From a virus (Duplodnaviria; Caudoviricetes): a stretch of DNA of 46,576 nt. Position numbers and translations under genes: made by a program. The DNA is taken from the IMG/VR virus record IMGVR_UViG_3300029825_000015, positions 1 to 46,576 of that record, one strand, 5' to 3'. This document shows positions 46,496 to 46,576 of the stretch, in pieces (position 1 is the first letter of the stretch; every line of letters starts with the position of its first letter). The notes beneath the pieces were generated by a model that did no database searches, was not told where the DNA came from, and saw only the letters and a list, made by a program, of their open reading frames with translations.

Positions 46496-46576
46496 GCAAG
46501 TATTCTTGATAAAACAAGATAGAAGGCGTGGGTTTCGCCTAGTAGATTATATCTGCAAATACCATAATACATATTT

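Overview
Very AT-rich segment of a large SPbeta-like temperate siphovirus or prophage of a Firmicute. A Clostridia-like host is inferred from composition and sigma-A/SD signals. Left to right: (1) ~3 kb non-coding, repeat-rich region with several repeat families, a sigma-A promoter and a DnaA box, possibly an origin/packaging region; (2) an HTH protein, a YonO-type single-subunit RNA polymerase, tRNA-Tyr, a beta-CASP nuclease and a metallophosphoesterase; (3) head and tail morphogenesis genes (terminase, portal, protease/scaffold, capsid, neck, tail tube, RusA, tyrosine recombinase, tape measure, Dit, Tal-like), with two antisense secreted Ig-like morons; (4) an intact IS200/IS605 element (tnpA+tnpB) whose ends can be placed exactly; (5) a run of tiny ORFs, almost all separated by one 18-bp imperfect palindrome (6-6-6), plus candidate structured RNAs. 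Most notable: the cassette-like small-gene array, a mini-terminase paralog, probable ATA/ATT start codons, a symmetric ~70-bp element shared by the left non-coding region and the recombinase upstream region, and tRNA-like/anti-SD RNA candidates. All homology calls come from motif recognition and synteny; no database search was run.
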